A stretch of DNA of 64,000 bases, taken from NCBI RefSeq assembly GCF_057098645.1, contig NZ_CM169472.1, one strand, 5' to 3'. Below are positions 32,594-48,404 of this stretch, piece after piece. The notes beneath the pieces are model-generated. The model did not search any database, was not told the origin of the DNA, and was given only the letters and a program-made list of their open reading frames with translations. The translations under genes were made by a program, and so were the position numbers. Positions within the stretch are counted from its first letter, which is position 1, and the number at the start of each line of letters is the position of its first letter.

Positions 32594-33500
32594 TGCTGTT
32601 ATTCTTAACCCGCTGGTGCAACACATGGTCCGCTGGCGAGTGCCGCGTGTACTGGCGGTGTCGATTTTGATGACCATCATCGTGATGGCTATGGTGTTGC
32701 TGTTAGCTTATCTGGGTTCCGCGCTCAACGAGTTGACGCGGACGTTACCGCAATATCGCAACTCTATTATGACGCCGCTGCAAGCTCTTGAGCCGTTGTT
32801 GCAACGCGTAGGGATTGACGTCTCAGTTGACCAGCTGGCGCATTACATTGATCCGAACGCGGCGATGACGTTGCTCACCAACTTATTGACGCAGTTATCT
32901 AATGCCATGTCATCAATATTTTTATTGCTGCTGACGGTGCTGTTTATGCTGCTCGAAGTGCCACAATTGCCCGGAAAATTTCAGCAAATGATGGCGCGTC
33001 CGGTTGAAGGGATGGCGGCGATTCAGCGTGCGATTGACAGTGTGTCTCATTATCTGGTGCTGAAAACAGCCATCAGCATCATCACCGGCCTGGTCGCATG
33101 GGCGATGCTCGCCGCCCTCGATGTTCGCTTCGCTTTTGTCTGGGGATTGCTGGCCTTTGCGCTTAATTACATCCCTAATATTGGTTCAGTTCTCGCGGCA
33201 ATCCCCCCTATCGCTCAGGTACTGGTGTTTAATGGCTTCTACGAAGCGTTGCTGGTGCTGGCGGGATATCTGCTGATTAATCTGGTCTTCGGCAATATTC
33301 TGGAGCCGCGCATCATGGGACGTGGGCTGGGGCTTTCGACATTGGTGGTATTTTTGTCGTTGATTTTTTGGGGATGGTTGTTAGGACCGGTGGGTATGCT
33401 GCTTTCCGTGCCGTTGACAATTATTGTCAAAATTGCGCTTGAACAAACAGCGGGAGGTCAAAGCATCGCCGTTCTGTTAAGCGATCTCAATAAAGAGTGA
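32594..33500 (+). pseudogene. tqsA: tqsA (ydgG) AI-2 exporter, 5-prime truncated at the island junction (lacks about 45 codons)
   Basis: K-12-like TqsA sequence begins abruptly at ...[16 protein letters not shown]; an in-frame TAA sits at 32589-32591 just inside the island. Confidence 0.8.
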
Positions 33501-33524
33501 CGGCCTCCGCAGAGGCCGTCAGGG
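33501..33524. terminator. Bidirectional hairpin between tqsA and pntB
   Basis: ACGGCCTCCGCAGAGGCCGTC inverted repeat. Confidence 0.45.
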
Positions 33525-34916
<1,392 letters not shown>

Positions 34917-34923
34917 TTACCCC

Positions 34924-36519
<1,596 letters not shown>

Positions 36520-36979
36520 TCATGTACGAGCTAAATGTTACTCCGTTAAAATAAATTAGTAACAAACGCCCTATAACGTACTGAAAATTATGCCTGTGAT
36601 CTAGCGCCAAAAATCAGTATTTCGGCGTGAACTCGCAAAATATTAACGATTCAGCCGTGATAGTGGGATAAACACCTTAGAACGCCGGATAAAGACTGAT
36701 AATTGTCTTCGACGGTCGGGTAAAACGAGACATCGCCCCGGCACGAATCACTACTTAACATTAAATTAACTTATACAATTCAGTTGCTTCAGTAGTAATG
36801 ATGCTGATACGGCTGTTTTTTAAGCATAGACGGTCATTTGAGCAGGATTAAAATTGGCTTAAGGAATGTGATATGAAAAATGACGCAGACAGTTACACCG
36901 TTTAAATGCAATAATCAGCCACGTTTCTCGTTAATAACAATACCAGTACCTGGTTTGCGCAAGGCGAAGGATTATTTTT

Positions 36980-37924
36980 ATGAAGCTTAAGAACACCCTC
37001 CTGGCGTCGGCACTGCTTTCTGCTACGGCATTCTCCGTTAACGCAGCAACAGAACTGACACCGGAGCAAGCGGCAGCGGTTAAACCTTTTGACCGTGTAG
37101 TGGTTACCGGTCGTTTTAATGCTATTGGCGAAGCGGTGAAAGCCGTTTCTCGTCGCGCAGATAAAGAAGGTGCCGCCTCTTTTTATGTTGTCGACACTTC
37201 TGATTTTGGTAACAGCGGTAACTGGCGTGTGGTCGCTGACCTCTATAAAGCCGATGCTGAAAAAGCAGAAGAAACAAGTAATCGCGTAATTAACGGTGTT
37301 GTCGAACTGCCGAAAGATCAGGCTGTTCTGATTGAACCGTTTGACACGGTCACCGTCCAGGGCTTCTATCGTAGCCAGCCAGAAGTCAATGATGCCATTA
37401 CCAAAGCGGCAAAAGCGAAAGGTGCCTACTCTTTCTACATCGTTCGTCAAATCGATGCCAACCAAGGCGGCAACCAGCGTATTACTGCATTCATCTATAA
37501 AAAAGATGCTAAGAAACGTATCGTCCAGAGCCCGGATGTGATCCCGGCAGATTCCGAAGCAGGACGTGCAGCTCTGGCTGCCGGTGGCGAAGCCGCGAAG
37601 AAAGTTGAGATCCCGGGTGTTGCGACTACCGCATCACCAAGTTCTGAAGTCGGTCGCTTCTTTGAAACCCAGTCATCAAAAGGCGGGCGTTACACCGTCA
37701 CGCTCCCGGATGGCACTAAAGTCGAAGAACTGAACAAAGCGACCGCAGCGATGATGGTCCCGTTCGACAGCATCAAATTCTCTGGCAACTACGGCAACAT
37801 GACCGAAGTCTCCTATCAGGTTGCGAAACGTGCCGCGAAGAAAGGTGCTAAGTATTACCACATCACCCGCCAGTGGCAGGAACGTGGTAATAACCTGACC
37901 GTCAGCGCAGATCTGTATAAATAA
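36980..37924 (+). CDS. ydgH: YdgH, DUF1471-repeat periplasmic protein
   Basis: Signal peptide plus three repeated YdgH/BhsA-like domains; synteny. Confidence 0.8.
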   Translation: MKLKNTLLASALLSATAFSVNAATELTPEQAAAVKPFDRVVVTGRFNAIGEAVKAVSRRADKEGAASFYVVDTSDFGNSGNWRVVADLYKADAEKAEETSNRVINGVVELPKDQAVLIEPFDTVTVQGFYRSQPEVNDAITKAAKAKGAYSFYIVRQIDANQGGNQRITAFIYKKDAKKRIVQSPDVIPADSEAGRAALAAGGEAAKKVEIPGVATTASPSSEVGRFFETQSSKGGRYTVTLPDGTKVEELNKATAAMMVPFDSIKFSGNYGNMTEVSYQVAKRAAKKGAKYYHITRQWQERGNNLTVSADLYK

Positions 37925-38109
37925 CTATTCAGTTACTCCTATAAGGCGGCTTGATGCCGCCTTTCGCATTTTTAGTCACAAATTTCCCCGCGACCATTGC
38001 ATGCAGACACATCTCTTCGTAAAATCCCGCGCTTCAGTGGCAAACTCCATTTTTATGCGTTTTGCCCTAATATTTATTCTTCTTATCACGTTTTAATCAC
38101 TGGATATCG

Positions 38110-39492
38110 ATGGAAAAGAAACTGGGACTGAGCGCACTCACCGCGCTGGTATTAAGCTCAATGCTGGGCGCGGGTGTTTTCAGTCTGCCGCAAAATATGG
38201 CGGCAGTTGCCAGCCCGGCAGCACTGCTCATCGGCTGGGGTATTACTGGCGCTGGCATTTTATTGCTGGCCTTTGCCATGCTGATCCTCACGCGCATTCG
38301 TCCCGAACTTGACGGCGGTATCTTTACCTATGCCCGCGAAGGGTTTGGCGAGCTAATCGGCTTTTGTTCCGCATGGGGATACTGGCTGTGTGCAGTCATC
38401 GCCAACGTCTCCTATCTGGTGATCGTTTTTTCCGCGTTAAGCTTTTTTACGGACACGCCGGAATTGCGCCTGTTTGGCGATGGTAATACCTGGCAATCGA
38501 TCGTCGGTGCATCGGCTTTATTGTGGATTGTTCACTTTTTGATCCTGCGCGGGGTGCAAACCGCTGCCAGCATTAACCTGGTGGCGACACTGGCAAAATT
38601 GTTGCCGCTGGGTCTGTTTGTTGTGCTGGCGATGATGATGTTCAAACTGGATACCTTCAAGCTCGACTTCACCGGACTTGCACTTGGCGTACCTGTTTGG
38701 GAACAGGTGAAAAACACCATGCTGATCACCCTGTGGGTTTTCATTGGTGTGGAAGGTGCCGTGGTTGTTTCTGCCCGTGCGCGTAATAAACGTGATGTTG
38801 GCAAAGCGACACTGCTGGCGGTTCTCTCCGCTCTGGGCGTTTACTTGCTGGTAACGCTGCTTTCGCTGGGTGTGGTGGCACGTCCTGAACTGGCTGAAAT
38901 TCGTAACCCGTCAATGGCCGGTCTGATGGTGGAAATGATGGGACCGTGGGGCGAAATCATCATCGCTGCCGGTTTGATCGTTTCCGTTTGCGGCGCGTAC
39001 TTAAGCTGGACCATCATGGCGGCAGAAGTTCCGTTCCTGGCTGCCACTCATAAAGCATTCCCACGCATTTTTGCGCGCCAGAACGCACAAGCTGCGCCAT
39101 CCGCCTCACTGTGGTTGACCAACATCTGCGTGCAAATTTGTCTGGTACTCATCTGGCTGACCGGTTCCGATTACAACACGTTGCTGACCATCGCCTCAGA
39201 AATGATTCTGGTGCCCTATTTCCTGGTCGGCGCGTTCTTGCTGAAAATCGCAACCCGTCCACTGCATAAAGCGGTAGGTGTCGGTGCCTGCATTTATGGC
39301 TTATGGTTATTGTACGCCTCTGGTCCAATGCACTTGCTGTTATCCGTTGTTCTGTATGCACCGGGGCTGCTGGTTTTCCTGTATGCGCGCAAAACGCATA
39401 CACATGATAATGTACTGAACCGTCAGGAAATGGTGCTGATTGGCATGCTGTTAATTGCCTCAGTTCCGGCGACCTGGATGCTGGTGGGATAA
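38110..39492 (+). CDS. ydgI: Putative arginine:ornithine antiporter (ArcD/YdgI)
   Basis: 460-aa APC-family transporter; synteny. Confidence 0.8.
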   Translation: MEKKLGLSALTALVLSSMLGAGVFSLPQNMAAVASPAALLIGWGITGAGILLLAFAMLILTRIRPELDGGIFTYAREGFGELIGFCSAWGYWLCAVIANVSYLVIVFSALSFFTDTPELRLFGDGNTWQSIVGASALLWIVHFLILRGVQTAASINLVATLAKLLPLGLFVVLAMMMFKLDTFKLDFTGLALGVPVWEQVKNTMLITLWVFIGVEGAVVVSARARNKRDVGKATLLAVLSALGVYLLVTLLSLGVVARPELAEIRNPSMAGLMVEMMGPWGEIIIAAGLIVSVCGAYLSWTIMAAEVPFLAATHKAFPRIFARQNAQAAPSASLWLTNICVQICLVLIWLTGSDYNTLLTIASEMILVPYFLVGAFLLKIATRPLHKAVGVGACIYGLWLLYASGPMHLLLSVVLYAPGLLVFLYARKTHTHDNVLNRQEMVLIGMLLIASVPATWMLVG

Positions 39493-39528
39493 CGTTCATC
39501 CCATCGTTGGATAGCAAAGGAGATAACG

Positions 39529-40251
39529 ATGGGTAAAACCCAGCCCTTGCCAATATTAATTACTGGCGGAGGTCGTCGCATCGGCCTCGCCCTCGCATGG
39601 CATTTCATTAATCAAAAGCAACCGGTGATTGTCAGCTATCGGACACACTATCCAGCCATTGATGGACTGATTAATGCAGGTGCGCAGTGTATTCAGGCTG
39701 ATTTTTCGACCAACGACGGTGTGATGGCGTTTGCCGATGAAGTACTAAAAAGCACCCATGGTCTGCGTGCTATTTTGCATAACGCCAGTGCGTGGATGGC
39801 GGAAAAACCGGGTGCGCCACTGGCCGACGTACTGGCTTGCATGATGCAGATCCACGTTAATACCCCATACCTGCTCAACCATGCGCTGGAAAGATTACTG
39901 CGTGGGCACGGACACGCCGCCAGCGATATCATTCACTTTACCGATTATGTGGTGGAGCGCGGTAGCGACAAACATATTGCGTATGCTGCAAGCAAAGCGG
40001 CACTGGATAATATGACCCGCTCGTTTGCCCGCAAGCTGGCACCGGAAGTGAAAGTGAATTCTATTGCGCCATCGCTGATCCTGTTTAATGAACATGATGA
40101 TGCCGAATATCGACAACAGGCGCTGAATAAATCACTGATGAAAACCGCGCCTGGCGAGAAAGAAGTGATCGACCTGGTCGATTACTTACTTACCAGCTGC
40201 TTTGTCACCGGACGCAGTTTCCCACTTGATGGCGGTCGTCATCTGCGTTAA
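39529..40251 (+). CDS. folM: Dihydromonapterin reductase FolM
   Basis: SDR family, 240 aa; synteny. Confidence 0.85.
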   Translation: MGKTQPLPILITGGGRRIGLALAWHFINQKQPVIVSYRTHYPAIDGLINAGAQCIQADFSTNDGVMAFADEVLKSTHGLRAILHNASAWMAEKPGAPLADVLACMMQIHVNTPYLLNHALERLLRGHGHAASDIIHFTDYVVERGSDKHIAYAASKAALDNMTRSFARKLAPEVKVNSIAPSLILFNEHDDAEYRQQALNKSLMKTAPGEKEVIDLVDYLLTSCFVTGRSFPLDGGRHLR

Positions 40252-40583
40252 TGCAGCTTAATCCAGCATATAATCAACACCCATGCGCTTATCCCCCAGC
40301 ACGCAACAGAACCAACAAAAGCAGCGGGCAAGCGCATCATTCCGGTGAAATACCATAGCGACACCAGGTAAACAAAATAGGGAATAATCGACCACATGCT
40401 AAAAATGATGGTTGCGCGCAAGGCTTCAATGCCACGTTCGCTGGCAACAATATAATGCGCGATGAGCGCAAAGGTCGGGAAAAGTGGAATCAGCCCGGCG
40501 ATATAATAATTTTTCGTTTTTGCTAAAACACCAATCAACAGCACTACCAGCGCACCGAGCGCGGCTTTGATTACCAGCCCCAT
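40248..40583 (-). CDS. ydgC: YdgC inner-membrane protein (GlpM family)
   Basis: 111-aa hydrophobic protein; synteny. Confidence 0.8.
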   Translation of the reverse strand: MGLVIKAALGALVVLLIGVLAKTKNYYIAGLIPLFPTFALIAHYIVASERGIEALRATIIFSMWSIIPYFVYLVSLWYFTGMMRLPAAFVGSVACWGISAWVLIICWIKLH

Positions 40584-40711
40584 CTTTTTACCTTAACACT
40601 TCCATAACAAGTCATCAGTAGAATACCTGATGAAAACTTGTTTAGAAACGATTGATAGTAAGTAAAAACAGCGCGGTGTATTGTGACGTTTTTATATCTA
40701 CCGTGAATGTT

Positions 40712-41431
40712 ATGAACACTATCGTATTTGTGGAAGATGATGCGGAAGTCGGTTCACTGATTGCCGCGTACCTGGCAAAACATGATATGCAGGTTACCGT
40801 AGAGCCGCGCGGCGACCAGGCCGAAGAAACCATTTTGCGAGAAAATCCGGATTTGGTGTTACTCGACATCATGCTACCAGGCAAGGACGGCATGACCATT
40901 TGTCGTGATTTACGCGCAAAGTGGTCTGGACCGATTGTTCTTCTAACCTCTCTCGATAGCGATATGAACCACATCCTGGCACTGGAAATGGGTGCCTGCG
41001 ACTATATTCTCAAAACGACGCCCCCTGCTGTTTTGTTAGCGCGTTTACGTTTGCATTTGCGTCAGAATGAGCAAGCCACGCTGACCAAAGGTCTTCAGGA
41101 AACGTCACTGACTCCCTACAAAGCCCTGCATTTCGGCACGTTGACCATCGATCCTATCAACCGCGTAGTCACCCTGGCTAACACTGAAATCTCGCTCTCG
41201 ACAGCTGATTTCGAATTATTGTGGGAATTAGCTACCCATGCCGGGCAAATCATGGACCGCGATGCATTGCTGAAAAATTTACGCGGCGTCAGTTATGACG
41301 GACTGGATCGTAGCGTGGACGTGGCTATTTCGCGGTTAAGAAAAAAACTGCTCGATAACGCCGCAGAACCTTATCGCATTAAAACTGTGCGTAACAAAGG
41401 CTATCTTTTTGCGCCTCATGCATGGGAATAA
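40712..41431 (+). CDS. rstA: Response regulator RstA
   Basis: OmpR-family; start at MNTIVFVEDD. Confidence 0.9.
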   Translation: MNTIVFVEDDAEVGSLIAAYLAKHDMQVTVEPRGDQAEETILRENPDLVLLDIMLPGKDGMTICRDLRAKWSGPIVLLTSLDSDMNHILALEMGACDYILKTTPPAVLLARLRLHLRQNEQATLTKGLQETSLTPYKALHFGTLTIDPINRVVTLANTEISLSTADFELLWELATHAGQIMDRDALLKNLRGVSYDGLDRSVDVAISRLRKKLLDNAAEPYRIKTVRNKGYLFAPHAWE

Positions 41432-41434
41432 GCG

Positions 41435-42736
41435 ATGAAAAAACTGTTTATCCAGTTTTACCTGTTATTGTTTGTCTGCTTCCTTGTGATGTCTCTGCTG
41501 GTTGGGCTGGTGTACAAATTTACCGCCGAACGCGCGGGCAAACAGTCGCTGGATGATTTGATGAACAGTTCGCTGTATCTGATGCGCAGCGAATTGCGTG
41601 AGATCCCCCCACACGACTGGGGTAAGACGCTGAAAGAGATGGATTTAAATCTCTCTTTCGATCTGCGTGTCGAGCCACTGAGTAAATACCATCTTGATGA
41701 TATTTCCATGCACCGACTGCGTGGCGGCGAAATTGTCGCCCTGGACGATCAGTACACGTTTTTGCAGCGTATCCCGCGCAGCCACTACGTGCTGGCAGTT
41801 GGTCCTGTTCCTTATCTTTATTATCTCCATCAGATGCGATTGCTGGATATCGCCCTGATCGCTTTTATTGCTATTTCCCTCGCCTTTCCGGTGTTTATCT
41901 GGATGCGTCCGCACTGGCAGGATATGTTAAAACTGGAAGCAGCGGCGCAACGATTTGGCGATGGGCATCTCAATGAACGTATCCACTTTGATGAGGGTTC
42001 GAGCTTTGAACGACTTGGTATCGCATTTAACCAGATGGCGGACAATATCAACGCCTTGATTGCCAGCAAAAAACAGCTTATTGACGGTATCGCTCACGAA
42101 CTGCGAACACCGTTAGTGCGCCTGCGTTATCGACTGGAGATGAGCGATAACCTGAGCGCCGCCGAATCCCAGGCGTTGAATCGCGATATCAGTCAACTTG
42201 AAGCTTTAATTGAAGAGCTGCTGACTTATGCCCGACTCGATCGCCCACAAAACGAGCTTCATCTTAGCGAACCAGACCTGCCGTTGTGGCTATCAACGCA
42301 TCTGGCAGATATTCAGGCAGTAACGCCCGATAAAACGGTACGGATAAAAACGCTCATGCAAGGCCATTATGCGGCGTTGGATATGCGCTTAATGGAGCGC
42401 GTGCTGGATAATTTGCTCAATAACGCCCTGCGCTACTGCCATTCAACGGTTGAAACCAGCCTGCTACTGTCGGGGAATAGAGCGACATTAATTGTTGAGG
42501 ATGATGGCCCAGGGATTGCCCCAGAAAACCGCGAACATATCTTTGAACCTTTTGTGCGCCTCGATCCCAGCCGGGATCGCTCAACCGGCGGCTGCGGGCT
42601 GGGGCTGGCAATTGTCCACTCTATAGCACTGGCAATGGGCGGTACGGTTAATTGTGACACCAGCGAACTGGGTGGTGCCCGCTTCTCGTTTAGCTGGCCG
42701 TTATGGCATAACATCCCGCAATTTACCTCTGCTTGA
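41435..42736 (+). CDS. rstB: Sensor kinase RstB
   Basis: 433-aa HAMP/HisKA/HATPase protein. Confidence 0.9.
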   Translation: MKKLFIQFYLLLFVCFLVMSLLVGLVYKFTAERAGKQSLDDLMNSSLYLMRSELREIPPHDWGKTLKEMDLNLSFDLRVEPLSKYHLDDISMHRLRGGEIVALDDQYTFLQRIPRSHYVLAVGPVPYLYYLHQMRLLDIALIAFIAISLAFPVFIWMRPHWQDMLKLEAAAQRFGDGHLNERIHFDEGSSFERLGIAFNQMADNINALIASKKQLIDGIAHELRTPLVRLRYRLEMSDNLSAAESQALNRDISQLEALIEELLTYARLDRPQNELHLSEPDLPLWLSTHLADIQAVTPDKTVRIKTLMQGHYAALDMRLMERVLDNLLNNALRYCHSTVETSLLLSGNRATLIVEDDGPGIAPENREHIFEPFVRLDPSRDRSTGGCGLGLAIVHSIALAMGGTVNCDTSELGGARFSFSWPLWHNIPQFTSA

Positions 42737-42778
42737 CACTACGCGCACGGTGGTCAAGTCACCACCACTGTGCTATAA

Positions 42779-45141
<2,363 letters not shown>

Positions 45142-45253
45142 GGCCTGCTCCTCACCTGATTAATTTTTTCTTTCTGTTTTGCTTTCGTTAAGCAACTTTT
45201 AGCTCGCTTATTATTTACCATTTGATAACAAATGTTTGGTCTTTCGTGCCATG

Positions 45254-45280
45254 TAAAAAAACCGCCCCGAAGGGCGGCTC
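45254..45280 (-). terminator. Intrinsic terminator after fumA
   Basis: Minus-strand CCGCCC-UUCG-GGGCGG hairpin followed by U7. Confidence 0.6.
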
Positions 45281-45283
45281 TGT

Positions 45284-46930
45284 TTATTTCACACAGCGGG
45301 TGCATTGTGTGAGTTGTATCTGCTGGAAGAAGTCATTTCCTTTATCATCCACAAGGATAAACGCCGGGAAATCTTCCACTTCAATTTTCCAGATGGCTTC
45401 CATTCCCAGTTCCGGATATTCAACACATTCCAGGCTCTTAATACTTCCCTGCGCCAATACAGCGGCCGGACCACCGATACTGCCAAGGTAGAAGCCGCCG
45501 TGTTTTTTACAGGCATCCGTCACCTGCTGGCTGCGGTTGCCTTTCGCCAGCATGATCATACTTCCGCCCTGCGCTTGCAGTTGATCGACATAAGAATCCA
45601 TCCGTCCGGCGGTCGTTGGGCCAAGAGAACCGGAGGCATAACCTTCCGGCGTTTTGGCCGGACCCGCGTAGTAAATCGGATGATCTTTAATGTACTGCGG
45701 CAGCCCTTCACCGTTATCCATCCGCTCTTTCAGTTTGGCGTGAGCAATATCACGACCAACGATAATCGTGCCGTTAAGCGATAAGCGTGTAGAAACGGGA
45801 TACTGCGACAACTGTGCGAGGATCTCTTTCATCGGACGGTTAAGGTCAACGCGCACCGCTTCGCCTTCTCCCGCTTTGCGCAGCTCTTCCGGGATATATT
45901 TGCCTGGATTATGTTCCAGTTTTTCGATCCAGATCCCCTGACGGTTGATCTTCGCTTTGATATTACGGTCAGCAGAGCAGGAGACGCCCATACCGACCGG
46001 GCAGGATGCGCCGTGACGTGGCAGGCGAATCACGCGGATGTCGTGAGCGAAGTATTTACCACCAAACTGCGCACCCAGACCAAGATTTTGCGCTTCGATC
46101 AGCAATTCTTTTTCCAGTTCCACATCGCGGAACGCCTGACCGTGCTCATTCCCTTCCGTTGGCAGTTCATCATAGTATTTCGCGGAAGCCAGTTTCACCG
46201 TTTTAAGGTTCGTTTCTGCAGAAGTTCCACCAATAACGAACGCAATATGATACGGAGGACAGGCCGCCGTACCCAGCGTGCGCATCTTCTCAACCAAGTA
46301 ATTTTTCAGTTTCCCCGGCGTCAGTAACGCTTTGGTTTCCTGATAGAGATACGTCTTGTTTGCCGAACCACCACCTTTGGCGATACAGAGGAATTTGTAT
46401 TCGTCGCCATCAACGGCATAAAGATCGATCTGCGCTGGCAGATTGGTGCCGGTATTCACTTCTTTATACATATCCAGCGGCGCGTTTTGCGAGTAGCGCA
46501 GATTATCTTCGATATAAGTGTTATAGACACCGCGCGCCAGCGCCGCTTCATCACCACCACCGGTCCATACACGCTGCCCTTTTTTACCAACAATAATCGC
46601 GGTGCCGGTATCCTGACAGGTTGGCAGAACGCCTTTCGCCGCGATGTCGGAGTTACGCAGGAATTGCAGCGCCACATATTTATCATTTTCGCTGGCCTCC
46701 GGGTCACGCAGAATGTCGGCCACCTGTTGTTGGTGAGCCGGACGCAGCATAAACGACGCATCATGAAACGCCTGACGCGCCAACAGAGTTAACGCTTCGG
46801 GTGCGACTTTCAAAATCTCCTGCCCTTCAAATTCAGATACGCTAACGTGTTCGCTGGTTAGCAGGTAATACTCAGTATCATCTTTTTTGAGTGGAAAAGG
46901 AGCCTGATAATGAAAGGGTTTGTTTGACAT
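45284..46930 (-). CDS. fumA: Fumarate hydratase class I (aerobic)
   Basis: 548 aa Fe-S fumarase. Confidence 0.95.
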   Translation of the reverse strand: MSNKPFHYQAPFPLKKDDTEYYLLTSEHVSVSEFEGQEILKVAPEALTLLARQAFHDASFMLRPAHQQQVADILRDPEASENDKYVALQFLRNSDIAAKGVLPTCQDTGTAIIVGKKGQRVWTGGGDEAALARGVYNTYIEDNLRYSQNAPLDMYKEVNTGTNLPAQIDLYAVDGDEYKFLCIAKGGGSANKTYLYQETKALLTPGKLKNYLVEKMRTLGTAACPPYHIAFVIGGTSAETNLKTVKLASAKYYDELPTEGNEHGQAFRDVELEKELLIEAQNLGLGAQFGGKYFAHDIRVIRLPRHGASCPVGMGVSCSADRNIKAKINRQGIWIEKLEHNPGKYIPEELRKAGEGEAVRVDLNRPMKEILAQLSQYPVSTRLSLNGTIIVGRDIAHAKLKERMDNGEGLPQYIKDHPIYYAGPAKTPEGYASGSLGPTTAGRMDSYVDQLQAQGGSMIMLAKGNRSQQVTDACKKHGGFYLGSIGGPAAVLAQGSIKSLECVEYPELGMEAIWKIEVEDFPAFILVDDKGNDFFQQIQLTQCTRCVK

Positions 46931-47128
46931 TGTTCTCTCACTTACTGCCTGGTTTGGTTATGCTCTGGGCGGGTGTTCCGTTGCCCTGTTAAAAGCGAGT
47001 AACAATATCCTACACACTTTTTTAACAAAAACTGAGACTAGTACGACTTTTTGCGGCTCCAGGTTACTTCCCGTAGGATTCTTGCTTTAATAGCGGGATT
47101 AATTTCCACATTAAAACAGGGATTGATC

Positions 47129-48304
47129 ATGCAAAAACTCATTAACTCAGTGCAAAACTATGCCTGGGGCAGCAAAACGGCGTTGACTGAACTTTATGGT
47201 ATGGAAAATCCATCCAGCCAGCCGATGGCCGAGCTGTGGATGGGCGCACATCCGAAAAGCAGTTCACGAGTGCAGAATGCCGCCGGAGATATCGTTTCAC
47301 TGCGTGATGTGATTGAGAGTGATAAATCGACTCTGCTCGGAGAGGCCGTTGCCAAACGCTTTGGCGAACTGCCTTTCCTGTTCAAAGTATTATGCGCAGC
47401 ACAGCCGCTCTCCATTCAGGTTCATCCAAACAAACACAATTCTGAAATCGGTTTTGCCAAAGAAAATGCCGCAGGTATCCCGATGGATGCCGCCGAGCGT
47501 AACTATAAAGATCCTAACCACAAGCCGGAGCTGGTTTTTGCGCTGACGCCTTTCCTTGCGATGAACGCGTTTCGTGAATTTTCCGAGATTGTCTCCCTAC
47601 TCCAGCCCGTCGCAGGTGCACATCCGGCAATTGCTCACTTTTTACAACAGCCACATGCCGAACGTTTAAGCGAACTGTTCGCCAGCCTGTTGAATATGCA
47701 GGGTGAAGAAAAATCCCGCGCGCTGGCGATTTTAAAATCGGCCCTCGATAGCCAGCAGGGTGAACCGTGGCAAACGATTCGTTTAATTTCTGAATTTTAC
47801 CCGGAAGACAGCGGTCTGTTCTCCCCACTATTGCTGAATGTGGTGAAATTGAATCCTGGCGAAGCGATGTTCCTGTTCGCTGAAACACCGCACGCTTACC
47901 TGCAAGGCGTGGCGCTGGAAGTGATGGCAAACTCCGATAACGTGCTGCGTGCGGGTCTGACGCCTAAATACATTGATATTCCGGAACTGGTTGCCAATGT
48001 GAAGTTCGAAGCCAAACCGGCTAACCAGTTGTTGACCCAGCCGGTGAAACAAGGCGCAGAACTGGACTTCCCGATTCCTGTGGATGATTTTGCCTTCTCG
48101 CTGCATGACCTTAGTGATAAAGAAACCACCATTAGCCAGCAGAGTGCCGCCATTTTGTTCTGTGTCGAAGGCGATGCAACGCTGTGTAAAGGTTCTCAGC
48201 AGTTACAGCTTAAACCGGGTGAATCAGCGTTTATTGCCGCCAACGAATCACCGGTGACTGTTAAAGGCCACGGTCGTTTAGCGCGTGTTTACAACAAGCT
48301 GTAA
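47129..48304 (+). CDS. manA: Mannose-6-phosphate isomerase
   Basis: MQKLINSVQNYAWGSKTALTELYG...; 391 aa. Confidence 0.95.
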   Translation: MQKLINSVQNYAWGSKTALTELYGMENPSSQPMAELWMGAHPKSSSRVQNAAGDIVSLRDVIESDKSTLLGEAVAKRFGELPFLFKVLCAAQPLSIQVHPNKHNSEIGFAKENAAGIPMDAAERNYKDPNHKPELVFALTPFLAMNAFREFSEIVSLLQPVAGAHPAIAHFLQQPHAERLSELFASLLNMQGEEKSRALAILKSALDSQQGEPWQTIRLISEFYPEDSGLFSPLLLNVVKLNPGEAMFLFAETPHAYLQGVALEVMANSDNVLRAGLTPKYIDIPELVANVKFEAKPANQLLTQPVKQGAELDFPIPVDDFAFSLHDLSDKETTISQQSAAILFCVEGDATLCKGSQQLQLKPGESAFIAANESPVTVKGHGRLARVYNKL

Positions 48305-48404
48305 GAGCTTACTGAAAAAATTAACATCTCTTGCTAAGCTTATTAAAGGCTTATAACACCTTCAGGCGGCCAGTCCGCCTGATTTCATTTTATGGATAAT
48401 CATT

